Source of the DNA: a virus
IMG/VR virus record: IMGVR_UViG_3300041955_000884
Location: 1-64,000 of that record
Reading direction: 5' to 3' (one strand)
DNA length: 64,000 nucleotides
Shown: piece by piece, positions 1-8,382 of the stretch
How positions within the stretch are numbered: the stretch's first letter is position 1
Layout: each line of letters opens with the position of its first letter
Position numbers and translations under genes: made by a program
Notes under the pieces: generated by a model
Seen by the model: the letters and a program-made list of their open reading frames with translations, nothing else
Databases searched by the model: none
What the model was told of the DNA's origin: nothing

Positions 1-350
1 CGCGGAAGGCGGGGTGGGATGCGGCGTGGGCTGCGTCGGAGGCTGCGTCGACTGTGGCGCGGAAGGCGGGATGGTATGCGGCGTGGGCTGCGTCGGAGGC
101 AGCGTGGGCTGCGGCGCGGGAGGCGGCGTCGGAGGCAGCGTGGGCTGCGGCGCGGGAGGCAGCGCGAGAGGCGGCGTCGACTGCGGCGCGGGAGGCGGCG
201 CGGAAGGCAGCGTGGGCTGCGGCGCGGGAGGCAGCGCGAGAGGCGGCGTCGACTGCGGCGCGGGAGGCGGCGCGGGAGGCACAAAACGCCCGTCTCGTCG
301 AACTGACTGACGCCGCTCATGCGGTCGCCGTCGGGAGCACCGCGCTATGA
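1..350 (+). CDS. Ala-rich AAWAAAR/AAREAA repeat phage protein (5' end probably outside window)
   Basis: Frame of ORF 54..350 consists of 4-aa repeats (AAWA, AARE, AASE) from 12-nt DNA repeats, then QNARLVEL; stop overlaps next ATG (ATGA). Confidence 0.7.
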   Translation, partial: RKAGWDAAWAASEAASTVARKAGWYAAWAASEAAWAAAREAASEAAWAAAREAAREAASTAAREAARKAAWAAAREAAREAASTAAREAAREAQNARLVELTDAAHAVAVGSTAL

Positions 351-784
351 ACGCCCAGGCCCTCTACGATGAGGCTCAGGCCATCATGGGCCGGCTCCCG
401 CGGAACATCGGGCGGGCGAAGCGGCTCGGGCGGTTGTCAGTGCGGCAGCTCGCGGCGCTCGACCGCCTGTACGAGATCGAAGAAGCGCTCCCACCCATGG
501 GCGAGGAGTGGAAAGCCTGCCAAGCAGCGCGCCATGCCGCAGCGATGGAACGCTACCGCGCCGAGGTGGCCGAGGTTGAGGCCGCACAGCGGGCGCAGCT
601 TGAGCGCATCGGTTTGGCGCTGGGAGCGCGCGTTTTCACCGTCCTGCCGGGTTCGTTCCCTTGGATGGCTGGCCGGCGCATCGAGGGCACCGTCCGCATC
701 GACAAGAGCGGTGCCGCCTACGTCCAGGCCGGACGGCAGCGCCTGTGCCCGTTCTCCAACCGCTTCCGGCCGGTGTCGCCGTGA
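347..784 (+). CDS. hypothetical phage protein
   Basis: 145 aa ORF with GGGAG RBS, coupled to both neighbours by ATGA/GTGA overlaps. Confidence 0.7.
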   Translation: MNAQALYDEAQAIMGRLPRNIGRAKRLGRLSVRQLAALDRLYEIEEALPPMGEEWKACQAARHAAAMERYRAEVAEVEAAQRAQLERIGLALGARVFTVLPGSFPWMAGRRIEGTVRIDKSGAAYVQAGRQRLCPFSNRFRPVSP

Positions 785-981
785 AGGGGTTCCTTCTGCT
801 CATCTACGTCCTCGGCTGGCTCGGTGCTGCGGGAGCGATCGAGCATTCGTCGTTTGTGCTCAACTGCAAAGAGCGCGGCGATGCCGGCTGCGAATGGAAA
901 GCGGCTGGCCTCGCGCTTTTCTGGCCCGTCGCGTACGTGATCTCTCGTGTGAACGAGCAGCTTACGGAGCCAAAGCCATGA
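781..981 (+). CDS. small membrane protein
   Basis: GTG at 781 overlaps previous stop; two hydrophobic segments (FLLLIYVLGWLG, AGLALFWPVAYVI). Confidence 0.6.
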   Translation: MKGFLLLIYVLGWLGAAGAIEHSSFVLNCKERGDAGCEWKAAGLALFWPVAYVISRVNEQLTEPKP

Positions 982-1196
982 TCGCGCGCATCGGCCACGG
1001 CCTCCGCGTCGCGCTCAAACGCGCCGAGGGCCACGAATCCGCCTACCGCGACGGCTGGAACTGCGCCGAACTCTGCGAGGACTGGATGGCGGCGCTCGAA
1101 GCGTACCGCCAGGACCGGGAGGCGGCCAGGGCGTTCATGCGCGGGTATCTGGACTGCGACGCGCACTTAGCGGCCAGCGAAGCAAAGGGAGGCTGA
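978..1196 (+). CDS. hypothetical phage protein
   Basis: ATG at 978 after GGAG, coupled to previous stop; MIARIGHG... Confidence 0.6.
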   Translation: MIARIGHGLRVALKRAEGHESAYRDGWNCAELCEDWMAALEAYRQDREAARAFMRGYLDCDAHLAASEAKGG

Positions 1197-1197
1197 C

Positions 1198-1446
1198 ATG
1201 CCGGCGCAGACGCACCGCGGGCGGCGGGCAGCGCAGAGCAGCGTGCGCGACCGCACCATTGATGCGCTCGTCTGCTCCCTGCGCTCAGGCTATCTCCGCA
1301 GCCTGCTTGGATATGCGCTGCCCGACGGGCTGCTGTCTGGACTAGGCGCCGCTCATATCCGTGATGGCATCGAAGCCGCCGGGCTGCGGATTGTCGCCAC
1401 CCGGGTTCCCAAACCAAGAAAAGGAGAGACAACCGATGGGACTTGA
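1198..1446 (+). CDS. hypothetical phage protein
   Basis: GGGAGG RBS, 82 aa, fits the tightly packed operon. Confidence 0.55.
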   Translation: MPAQTHRGRRAAQSSVRDRTIDALVCSLRSGYLRSLLGYALPDGLLSGLGAAHIRDGIEAAGLRIVATRVPKPRKGETTDGT

Positions 1447-1954
1447 CATCACCGCGTACCGCCAGCTCGTGAAGGCACCTGCGGGCAGCGACCCCGAGGC
1501 GGACTGGGACCGCTGTTTCCGGTTCTACGTCAATCCGGAGTTCTCTGGCCGCGACGCTGGTCTCGAGCCCGGTACCGTTTATGTGCGGCCGGAGCCGTCC
1601 GCCACGTACGAGTTCCGGGCCGGCAGTTACCGCGGCTACAACGATTGGCGGAATGCCCTGGCGCGGTTGGCGGGCTTCGCGCGCGGCGCTGAACAGGCAT
1701 GGAACGATGGCCTGGAACACGGGCCGTTCATCGAGCTCATCAACTTCTCGGACTGCGAAGGCGTCATCGGCCCCGTAGTGTCCGCCAAGCTCGCCCGCGA
1801 CTTCGCCGAATGGCAGGAACGCGCCAACTCGCTCGCCGAGAAAGGCCGCGGTGCCCCGTGGTGCGACGCCCCGGTCTGGTTCCTCGGCCTCTACGCACAC
1901 TGGCGTAAGGCGTTCGAGATGGCCGCCGACGGCGGCGCTGTCGCGCTCCATTGA
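1436..1954 (+). CDS. conserved-looking phage hypothetical protein (MGLDITAY type)
   Basis: AAGGAG RBS, ATG 1436; motifs FRAGSYRGYNDWR and PFIELINFSDCEGVIGP. Confidence 0.75.
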   Translation: MGLDITAYRQLVKAPAGSDPEADWDRCFRFYVNPEFSGRDAGLEPGTVYVRPEPSATYEFRAGSYRGYNDWRNALARLAGFARGAEQAWNDGLEHGPFIELINFSDCEGVIGPVVSAKLARDFAEWQERANSLAEKGRGAPWCDAPVWFLGLYAHWRKAFEMAADGGAVALH

Positions 1955-1970
1955 AGGAAGGAGAACCGTA

Positions 1971-2189
1971 ATGAGTGCCCACATGAAGCGCCAGCCGCTT
2001 GCGGAGCGGTTCGTGGCGGACGAGGACGCCTTTATTCAGGACCCCACGTACCAGGACCCCACGTACCAGGGCCGCATCACCAAGGGCAGCGGGAACGACC
2101 TAGAGGTGGCATTCCCAGACGGCTCGGTGGCGCACTGCCGCGCCGGCGACTGGCGCGTCGGGCCGTTGCTGGCCGAGGACCGCATGTGA
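1971..2189 (+). CDS. hypothetical protein with QDPTY duplication
   Basis: AGGAG RBS, ATG 1971. Confidence 0.6.
   Translation: MSAHMKRQPLAERFVADEDAFIQDPTYQDPTYQGRITKGSGNDLEVAFPDGSVAHCRAGDWRVGPLLAEDRM
2037..2070. repeat. 15-bp perfect tandem duplication
   Basis: CAGGACCCCACGTAC x2 plus CAGG; in-frame. Confidence 0.9.
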
Positions 2190-2352
2190 TGTTCCTTGGG
2201 TACAGCAAGCGCGACTGGGCGCTCATCGCGTCCGGTAGCAACACGGCCATCGCCGCGATGTGGTTAGGAGAGGGCGCATTTGGACTCGGCACGCTCCACT
2301 TCGTCCTCGGCATCGGTTGCCTTATGCTGGCTGACCGTTGGGAGCGAAGCTG

Positions 2353-2646
2353 ATGGGCACCATCCGAGCTGACGACATGCGACTGGTGCTGGAGCATCTC
2401 GCCAGCGCCCGTGCGAAGGCCGCTGAGGCGGTTGGCGCTCTGGTGGAGTGTCCGACACCGCCCAGCGGCGTCTGCGGCCTCCTTGGCTCTCTGGAGGGCT
2501 TGCTCGACGTGGTCTTCGGGATACTCGCGAACGCCAGTGTCGGCGACGTGCGCATCGAACAGGCGGACAGCGACCGGAACATCCGCCGTGGGTACGAATG
2601 GCCGGGCAGCGCGCTACGGCCAGCGCCAGGGGACGTCGGCCTATGA
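2353..2646 (+). CDS. hypothetical protein
   Basis: TGATG overlap at 2351-2355, GGGAG RBS. Confidence 0.55.
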   Translation: MGTIRADDMRLVLEHLASARAKAAEAVGALVECPTPPSGVCGLLGSLEGLLDVVFGILANASVGDVRIEQADSDRNIRRGYEWPGSALRPAPGDVGL

Positions 2647-2756
2647 CCGTCCTCCACGCCCTTCCGCCGCCGGTTCAGACGCTGATCGGCGTCCTGGTCG
2701 TCTGCTGGGCAGCCGCGCTGGTGTCCAGCCTCGTGCGCGTGCTGGTCGGCCGATGA
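2643..2756 (+). CDS. small membrane peptide
   Basis: ATGA overlap; one TM-like segment TLIGVLVVCWAAALVSSLV. Confidence 0.5.
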   Translation: MTVLHALPPPVQTLIGVLVVCWAAALVSSLVRVLVGR

Positions 2757-2816
2757 AAGGAGGTGGTCGGCATACAGCCAGAGGTCAACATCCCTGGAAG
2801 GCCACGAATCCGAAAG

Positions 2817-2855
2817 CGCCCCGTCGCAGACCACCGCGGCGGGGCGTTTCCGTTT
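2817..2855 (+). terminator. intrinsic terminator closing the first accessory operon
   Basis: CGCCCCGTCGC/GCGGCGGGGCG stem followed by TTTCCGTTT. Confidence 0.7.
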
Positions 2856-2909
2856 ACGCACCCTTAACCTTCGTCGGCTATGCTATCCTGGCAACCGCAG
2901 GAGTGCGCC

Positions 2910-3107
2910 ATGCCGCAGCCCTTAGCCGTCACCGCCGAGGATGTCGCCGGCACGCTGGCCGCGCTCCTCCAGCAGTTCGACGTCGCCAGCCAAGTTGGCA
3001 TCTCGCTGCTTCTGGCGAAGACGGTACTGCGCCAGATCCCCGCTACCTTGCGGGCCGAAACGGCGAAGGACTTCGCCACGCAGGTGCAGAAGCTCTACGA
3101 TGCCTGA
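2910..3107 (+). CDS. small hypothetical protein
   Basis: CAGGAG RBS, ATG 2910, amphipathic helical sequence. Confidence 0.55.
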   Translation: MPQPLAVTAEDVAGTLAALLQQFDVASQVGISLLLAKTVLRQIPATLRAETAKDFATQVQKLYDA

Positions 3108-3232
3108 CGGGGAAAGAGAGGGCCGGCTGCGCCACCAGCGCGCCGGCCCGAGTTCAGGGAGGTGTGGGCCGATGCAGTCGGCCACCAAAAGCCATGTGCG
3201 CAGATACGAAAGCGCCCGTCAAGCCGGAATCG

Positions 3233-3577
3233 TTATGGCATTTCGCCAGCGTGCGACTCGGCCCAGAGCCGGGCGGCCAGACCGACGGCGTCCACGTTGT
3301 AGAACGCCCAGAACCCGCTCTCTTTCCCCACCAAGTGAAGCTCGGCATGGTGCTCCCAGCACACCGGGATTACGTGCCTGTCAGCCGCCTTCAGGCCACG
3401 CGCCTTCGGGTCCGGCCCGAAGGTGAGATGGTGCGCGTGTACGTGCCGCCCACGGCATCCTGGCACGGCGCAAGGTTGCCGCCGGACGTAGGCAAGGTGC
3501 TTGGCATCCCGGACGCGGCGGTGCTTCGGGATGAGGAATCCGGCCTCTCCGTCGTCAGAAACCCGGGGTGATTTCAA
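3233..3577 (-). CDS. DUF968-like Zn-binding HNH-fold protein
   Basis: HLAYVRRQPCAVPGC...HAHHL...KAADRHVIPVCWEHHAELH pattern. Confidence 0.7.
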   Translation of the reverse strand: MKSPRVSDDGEAGFLIPKHRRVRDAKHLAYVRRQPCAVPGCRGRHVHAHHLTFGPDPKARGLKAADRHVIPVCWEHHAELHLVGKESGFWAFYNVDAVGLAARLWAESHAGEMP

Positions 3578-4691
3578 CTTTCGCCTCGCTGTGAATTGCC
3601 GCCGTGAAGTAGCCCAGCGACCGTGGAACGCGATAGCCGGGACGCCCGGCGATCTGCCGAATCACGCGGAGGATCTCGCTTTCGGGATAGCCTTCCCTGA
3701 GCCAGCCCACCAGCGGCTGCCAGGTCGCGAGCGTGGCAACGGTGCGGATTCCGGCGGCTTCGCAGCAGTCCTCGAACAGGCTGTCAACGTAGAAACCGCG
3801 ACAGGTTGGCCGGCCGTCCACCATCTTCAGGTCGGCCACCCCGGTCCCCATCGGGTCGGCCTCGCGCGCGCCTGCGGGGTTCGTACCAGAAGAAGCTGGC
3901 TTAGCTTCTTTCTTTCTTTCTGACTCTGCTTCTGCTTCTGACGCGCGCGCGCGAGGGTTACCGTCGGACGGCGTCAAGGTTGCTGTCGGATGCTGATCCG
4001 ATACCAAGGCTAGCGTTCCTGTCGGATCAGCATCCGACACGAGGGGCAGCCTTGGTGTCGGATTGCCATCCGACCAGTTCTTCCTGGCTCGCTTGTGGTT
4101 GCAAGCCGAACAAGCGGCGACGAGGTTGCCTTCCTCGTTCGTGCCGCCATCACGAATCGGGATCACGTGATCGACATGGAAGAAGTCGGCGCCAGCCCGT
4201 TCACGCTGGAGCGCCACTCGGCACCAATGGCACTGGCCGCCGTCTCGGCCGAAAATCCGATCGGTTTTCCCCGGTGCGTCTGACCGCTTGAATGGTCGCG
4301 CGCGTTCCTTTTTTGGCACGGTTCCGCGAGCCAAATCCGGGTTGCCGCCGAGCGCGCCCCACACCGCATGCTGGCCGTTCAGCCACTCGTCGTTATCCTT
4401 CACCAGTCTGCGGCTGAAGATGGAGCCGCCCTCCGTCCGGCTGAAGACTTGGCGCTGCTCCAACTCCGCAAGAAGGCGCCTCACGTCCTTCTCCGGCTTG
4501 CCTGCCAGGCAGGCTAGTTCCTCGGCCGTCATCGCCCGGCCCGAGATGGTCAAGTGGCCATAGGGTTCGCCGCGCTGCATGGCGCACAGCATCCGCATCC
4601 ACAGCCCTTGGGCCGCCAGACTTGCCAGCCGCAAGGGGATGTCGGCCTCGTAGTCCTGCCACCAGAATTTCGACCAGCGGTGCTCTGTCAT
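3555..4691 (-). CDS. phage replication initiator (wHTH N-terminus) with inserted HNH domain
   Basis: N-terminus WSKFWWQDY...LASLAAQGLWMRMLC typical of phage initiators; CHWC...HVDHVIPIRDGGTNEEGNLVAACSACN HNH; adjacent to dnaB; contains iterons. Confidence 0.8.
   Translation of the reverse strand: MTEHRWSKFWWQDYEADIPLRLASLAAQGLWMRMLCAMQRGEPYGHLTISGRAMTAEELACLAGKPEKDVRRLLAELEQRQVFSRTEGGSIFSRRLVKDNDEWLNGQHAVWGALGGNPDLARGTVPKKERARPFKRSDAPGKTDRIFGRDGGQCHWCRVALQRERAGADFFHVDHVIPIRDGGTNEEGNLVAACSACNHKRARKNWSDGNPTPRLPLVSDADPTGTLALVSDQHPTATLTPSDGNPRARASEAEAESERKKEAKPASSGTNPAGAREADPMGTGVADLKMVDGRPTCRGFYVDSLFEDCCEAAGIRTVATLATWQPLVGWLREGYPESEILRVIRQIAGRPGYRVPRSLGYFTAAIHSEAKVEITPGF
3900..4074. repeat. probable replication origin: palindromic iterons plus pyrimidine/AT-rich tract inside the initiator gene
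   Basis: GTCGGAT-N4-ATCCGA(C/T) at 3985, 4021 and 4057 (36-bp period), degenerate copy near 3952; TTAGCTTCTTTCTTTCTTTC at 3901-3920. Confidence 0.75.
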
Positions 4692-6118
4692 GGCGCTGTC
4701 TCGCTGAAGCTTGCCGTGTCGCGGTCGAAGCGCAGAAACACTGTGGCCGGCTCGCCGTCACGCACCTTCTCGCAGAGCAGCTCCGCTTTTCCGGCTGCTG
4801 CGCGCCGCTTAGCATCGAGATTTGTGCGCCTGTTGGCGTAGTGCTCCTGGCTCTCATTCTCGCTTTTTGGCGGGTCCTCGCGCGGGATGTATTGCTCCTC
4901 GCGATACAGAAGCGATACCGTGTCGGCGTTCTGCTCGATTGTACCGGACTGCCTGAGATCCGCGATCGCTGGCCTGTGGTCCTCGCGCCCCTCGGTAGCC
5001 CTGGAGAGCTGCGCCAGAAGCAGTACGGGGCACCCGAACTGCTTGGCGACGCCGAGCATGACGTCAGCGACCTCGCTCACCATTGCCGTGGGCCCGTGGC
5101 GCGCTGCGCTTTCCTCAGCCCTGACGAGGTGCAGGTGGTCGACCACGATGAGGCCCAGCGATTGCTGCCGGGCTTCAATGCGGCACTTCGTGGTGATCTC
5201 CGCAGCAGACAGGCGCCCGCCGTCGTGGATGGCCAGCGGTAGGCCGCCGAGTTCCTTCCTGGCGGTGATGAGCTGCTCCGCGTGCTCCTGGTGCCTCCCG
5301 AGCCGCATCTTCCAGATCGGCACGCCGGATGCCGCCGAGAGCACCCGGCGGCCAAGGGCCTTGGCGGACATCTCCAAGCTGAATTCCACCACGCGGTGCC
5401 CGGCGCGGGCCGCATTCACTGCCCATTGCTGGCCGAGGCTGGACTTTCCCGAACCGGGCCGTCCGGCGAGGATGTTCAGCGTCCCAGCCTCCAAGCCGCC
5501 AAGAACGCGATCCACGCTCGCCATGCCCGTGGAGAGGCCAGCTACGCCCCCGGTCGCCGCCACCCTGTCCGCGGCGGCCAGCGCGCCGTCCATGGCCTCA
5601 TCCAGCGTTGCCGCAGGACGATGGACAGAACCGCCTGCCAAGAGCTTTTCGATTGTTCCGAGCGCCTCGGCCATCATCGCTGCAGAATCAGCGCCGTCGC
5701 CAAACGCGCGCTCCACGAGTGCTGTACCGGCTTCGATGAGCTGCCGCCGCACCCAGGCGTCGCGGACAGCCTCGGCGTAGGGCCTGGCATGCAGGTGCGA
5801 CACCATCGAGACCACGAGCTGCGACAGGTAATCCATACCGCCGACCTGGTCGAGTACCCCAGCATTTTCGAAGTCGCCGCGCAGCGTGATAACGTCGGCC
5901 ACCTGGCCAGCCGCCAGCCGCTTGCTGGCCGCCTCGAATATCCTCGCATTCACCGGATCGAAGAAATGCCGCGGCTCCAATAGTCCGTCCACGGCGGCGA
6001 AAGCCTTGGCGCTCGACAGGATGGCGCCAAGGAGCGCCTGCTCGGCCAGGACGTTGCTCGGCTGCTGGCGCAGGCTGGCGCCAAAAAGCGGATTTGTCCC
6101 CCCGTCGCCTCGCGGCAT
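4688..6118 (-). CDS. dnaB: replicative DNA helicase
   Basis: AEQALLGAIL N-domain, Walker A ILAGRPGSGKS, IVVDHLHL, LLAQLSR, DLRQSGTIEQNAD. Confidence 0.95.
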   Translation of the reverse strand: MPRGDGGTNPLFGASLRQQPSNVLAEQALLGAILSSAKAFAAVDGLLEPRHFFDPVNARIFEAASKRLAAGQVADVITLRGDFENAGVLDQVGGMDYLSQLVVSMVSHLHARPYAEAVRDAWVRRQLIEAGTALVERAFGDGADSAAMMAEALGTIEKLLAGGSVHRPAATLDEAMDGALAAADRVAATGGVAGLSTGMASVDRVLGGLEAGTLNILAGRPGSGKSSLGQQWAVNAARAGHRVVEFSLEMSAKALGRRVLSAASGVPIWKMRLGRHQEHAEQLITARKELGGLPLAIHDGGRLSAAEITTKCRIEARQQSLGLIVVDHLHLVRAEESAARHGPTAMVSEVADVMLGVAKQFGCPVLLLAQLSRATEGREDHRPAIADLRQSGTIEQNADTVSLLYREEQYIPREDPPKSENESQEHYANRRTNLDAKRRAAAGKAELLCEKVRDGEPATVFLRFDRDTASFSETAP

Positions 6119-6125
6119 CGCGCCC

Positions 6126-6317
6126 TCAGGCGTCCCGGGAGAGCTGCGATAGCTGGCTGACTACGCTTTCGGTGGCGGCTTCCTCCTCGGCGATGGCCAT
6201 GATACTGGGGCCAGAAGCGAGCCACACGCGCCAGCACGCGACGAACTCAGTTCGTGCGGCGCACATACGACCATAAGCCCACGCATCGCCGGCTTCGGCT
6301 GGGTCATGCGTTTTCAT
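6126..6317 (-). CDS. small hypothetical protein
   Basis: ATG 6317 overlaps upstream stop; MKTHDPAEAG... Confidence 0.5.
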   Translation of the reverse strand: MKTHDPAEAGDAWAYGRMCAARTEFVACWRVWLASGPSIMAIAEEEAATESVVSQLSQLSRDA

Positions 6318-7249
6318 GCCGGAAACTCCCTCACCATTAGGTCGGGCGGTATCGGCGCCACTTTGTCCAACTGCTTCGCGAAAAAGGCCACGCCAGCCGC
6401 CGCACATTGGTCGCGGAGTGAGCGCAGCCAATCTGGATTGACCGGGCGCCGCCGAGGTCCGCTCTCGCCGCCAGCGATCACCCAGTCGAGAGCGTGCGCG
6501 CCGATCCGCGTCCAGTCTGGCATGTGCGCCGTGACTTCGCCGCTCGCGAACGCTGCTGATGGCGACGCCGTTAGCCAAAGCGGGTCGAGAACGACCGGCC
6601 CAAGCAATGGTTCTGCGCTGATAAAACGAAGCGCCGCCAGTGTCGCCAGCAGATCGGGGATGCGCTCGTCCGCTCGCTGCTGATCCTCGACGCTGACGCC
6701 GAGCCAGACGTTCGGCAGCGGCCAGCATCCGTCGATGGCGTCGATTGATTTTTGCCATTCTGGATCGCGCGAGCTCCAGTCCCCGCGCGGTCGCAGCAGG
6801 GCGTGCACAGCGCTCCGGATATGATGATGGCGCGCAGCCCCGCTAGGCCATGACGCGAACCACCGTTGCATCCGCGCCGACCGCTTCGTCAGCACCTGGA
6901 ACGTGTGGTGCGGCGCCAATGCCATGACGGCGAACACCTTGTCGATGTGTTCGTCCGGCACGTCCTCGTGGAACAGGTCGGACATGCTGTCCACGAAAAT
7001 GCGGCGCGGCCGCTTCCAGCGCAGTGGTATCGCCAGTGTCTCGTCACTGCACGGCCGCACGACGCCGCTCCAGACCGCGCCGGCCTTTGATGGCTGCGTG
7101 AGTCCAGCGTAACGCTTCTGGCCCATCGCCTGTAGCCTCGCCGCCATCCGCATAGCATAGCAGTTCGAGCAGCCCGGCGAAACGAGCGAGCAACCATGCG
7201 TTACCTGCCACGTCGCATCGGTCCATTCGATGCCGGTCCCATCCGCCAT
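6314..7249 (-). CDS. DUF5131 (phage Gp37/Gp68) family protein
   Basis: TGIEWTDATW, GCSLVSPGCSNCYA, IFVDSMSDLFHE, NVWLGVSVEDQ, WVIAGGESG. Confidence 0.93.
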   Translation of the reverse strand: MADGTGIEWTDATWQVTHGCSLVSPGCSNCYAMRMAARLQAMGQKRYAGLTQPSKAGAVWSGVVRPCSDETLAIPLRWKRPRRIFVDSMSDLFHEDVPDEHIDKVFAVMALAPHHTFQVLTKRSARMQRWFASWPSGAARHHHIRSAVHALLRPRGDWSSRDPEWQKSIDAIDGCWPLPNVWLGVSVEDQQRADERIPDLLATLAALRFISAEPLLGPVVLDPLWLTASPSAAFASGEVTAHMPDWTRIGAHALDWVIAGGESGPRRRPVNPDWLRSLRDQCAAAGVAFFAKQLDKVAPIPPDLMVREFPA

Positions 7250-7467
7250 CAGCTTCGCAGTCCCCTCTGTATCGGCCCGCAGGCGATGGCAAACGGCTTC
7301 CTTCCTTCTGCCTTGCGACGGTAGTTCACCTTGGTCACATTGCCGTCGAAAGTGAGGCCCCGATCACGGCACCACTTCGCGATCTCGGCCCAGCCGGCGA
7401 TGCGGTGGCTGCTCGCGGAAGCAGGATTTTCCGGTGATGGCGCGGCGCGGTCGAAGTTCAGGGCCAC
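7249..7467 (-). CDS. hypothetical protein
   Basis: 72 aa ORF coupled to the DUF5131 start. Confidence 0.5.
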   Translation of the reverse strand: MALNFDRAAPSPENPASASSHRIAGWAEIAKWCRDRGLTFDGNVTKVNYRRKAEGRKPFAIACGPIQRGLRS

Positions 7468-7676
7468 GGAACGACCTCGTACGGCTGCGGTGGCCTGCCA
7501 ACTCCAGAGCGATGGCGCCGATCGCGACGCAGATAGCCGGCCGCGGCGAGTTGGCTAAGCCTTGCCCCGACGGTTTTCGGCGCCATGCCAGTCGCCTCCG
7601 CGATGGCTGGCGCCGTCGTGGCCGCGCCGCTGGCGACGGCGTCGAATACCGCGCGGTGGGCTTTGCTCATGGTCAT
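7458..7676 (-). CDS. winged helix-turn-helix DNA-binding protein
   Basis: TAPAIAEATGMAPKTVGARLSQLAAAGYL...GRPPQPY. Confidence 0.75.
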   Translation of the reverse strand: MTMSKAHRAVFDAVASGAATTAPAIAEATGMAPKTVGARLSQLAAAGYLRRDRRHRSGVGRPPQPYEVVPWP

Positions 7677-7708
7677 GGGGCGGCGCATCGGTGAAGGCTG
7701 CCACGGCC

Positions 7709-7984
7709 TCAGCCGCGCGTCAACGGGTGGCAGTGCTCGCACCAGGCCCGCGTCGCCTGCCCGCGTAGCGTCACACGCTTGGCGCGGGTGCGGATGTCCA
7801 CCACGTTCGCGGCCACGCTCTGCTCCGTGCCGGGCCGAAGCGCGAAAATGTCCGTGGAGCCGCAGACGAAGCACCGCAACTCCGCGCCAAGCGTAATCCA
7901 GAGGCCGCCGTGAATGCCCGGCGCGCGGTCGGCTGGGAGGTCGGCTTCGGCGACTTGGCGGCCAATGGCGGCGCGGACGATCAG
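7709..7984 (-). CDS. CxxC...CxxC zinc-ribbon protein with non-canonical (CTG) start, absent from ORF track
   Basis: Manual translation ...LRCFVCGSTDIF...AWCEHCHPLTRG*; GAGGAG 8 nt before a CTG that overlaps the upstream TGA. Confidence 0.55.
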   Translation of the reverse strand: MIVRAAIGRQVAEADLPADRAPGIHGGLWITLGAELRCFVCGSTDIFALRPGTEQSVAANVVDIRTRAKRVTLRGQATRAWCEHCHPLTRG

Positions 7985-8370
7985 GGCGGCAGCTCCTCGA
8001 CGAGTACGATCGTGGCCGGAGCGTTGGTCCGCTTGTCTTGCTTGGCGATGAGTTCACACCGCTCGGGCGTGTCGTCAACGATGATACCGAGGCCCATCGG
8101 ATGCCGCTTGCTTGGGGCACACAGGCTGTCAACCAGAAGCTTGCAGGAGCCAGCGAGATTGTCGTGGTCGAGCAGCTTCGTCCCGTGCCGCGTCACGGTC
8201 ACACGGCAGCGCTCGAACATCGGCCGCGGGAAATGCGCCGGGCCGCCGAGCTGGGCCATAATCTCCCAAGCCAGTTTGTCACGCTGCCGCCCGCGCTTCG
8301 CCCAATGCGTCCGGAGAGTCTGGTTGAGCGATGGCAGCGCGAACGGCAGCGTGAAGGCCACAACCCTCAA
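7981..8370 (-). CDS. RusA-like Holliday junction resolvase
   Basis: LPSLN N-terminus, LDHDNLAGSCKLLVDSL...GIIVDD motif. Confidence 0.75.
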   Translation of the reverse strand: MRVVAFTLPFALPSLNQTLRTHWAKRGRQRDKLAWEIMAQLGGPAHFPRPMFERCRVTVTRHGTKLLDHDNLAGSCKLLVDSLCAPSKRHPMGLGIIVDDTPERCELIAKQDKRTNAPATIVLVEELPP

Positions 8371-8382
8371 GCGGGCCTCGGC

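Noticed and set aside
1-290. CRISPR array or DGR repeats
   Set aside because: 12-nt coding repeats without unique spacers; no cas or reverse transcriptase gene in the window despite the BPP-1-like head
3949-4074. Mini CRISPR array
   Set aside because: Units are 18-bp palindromes with only 18-bp gaps inside a replication gene; better explained as iterons
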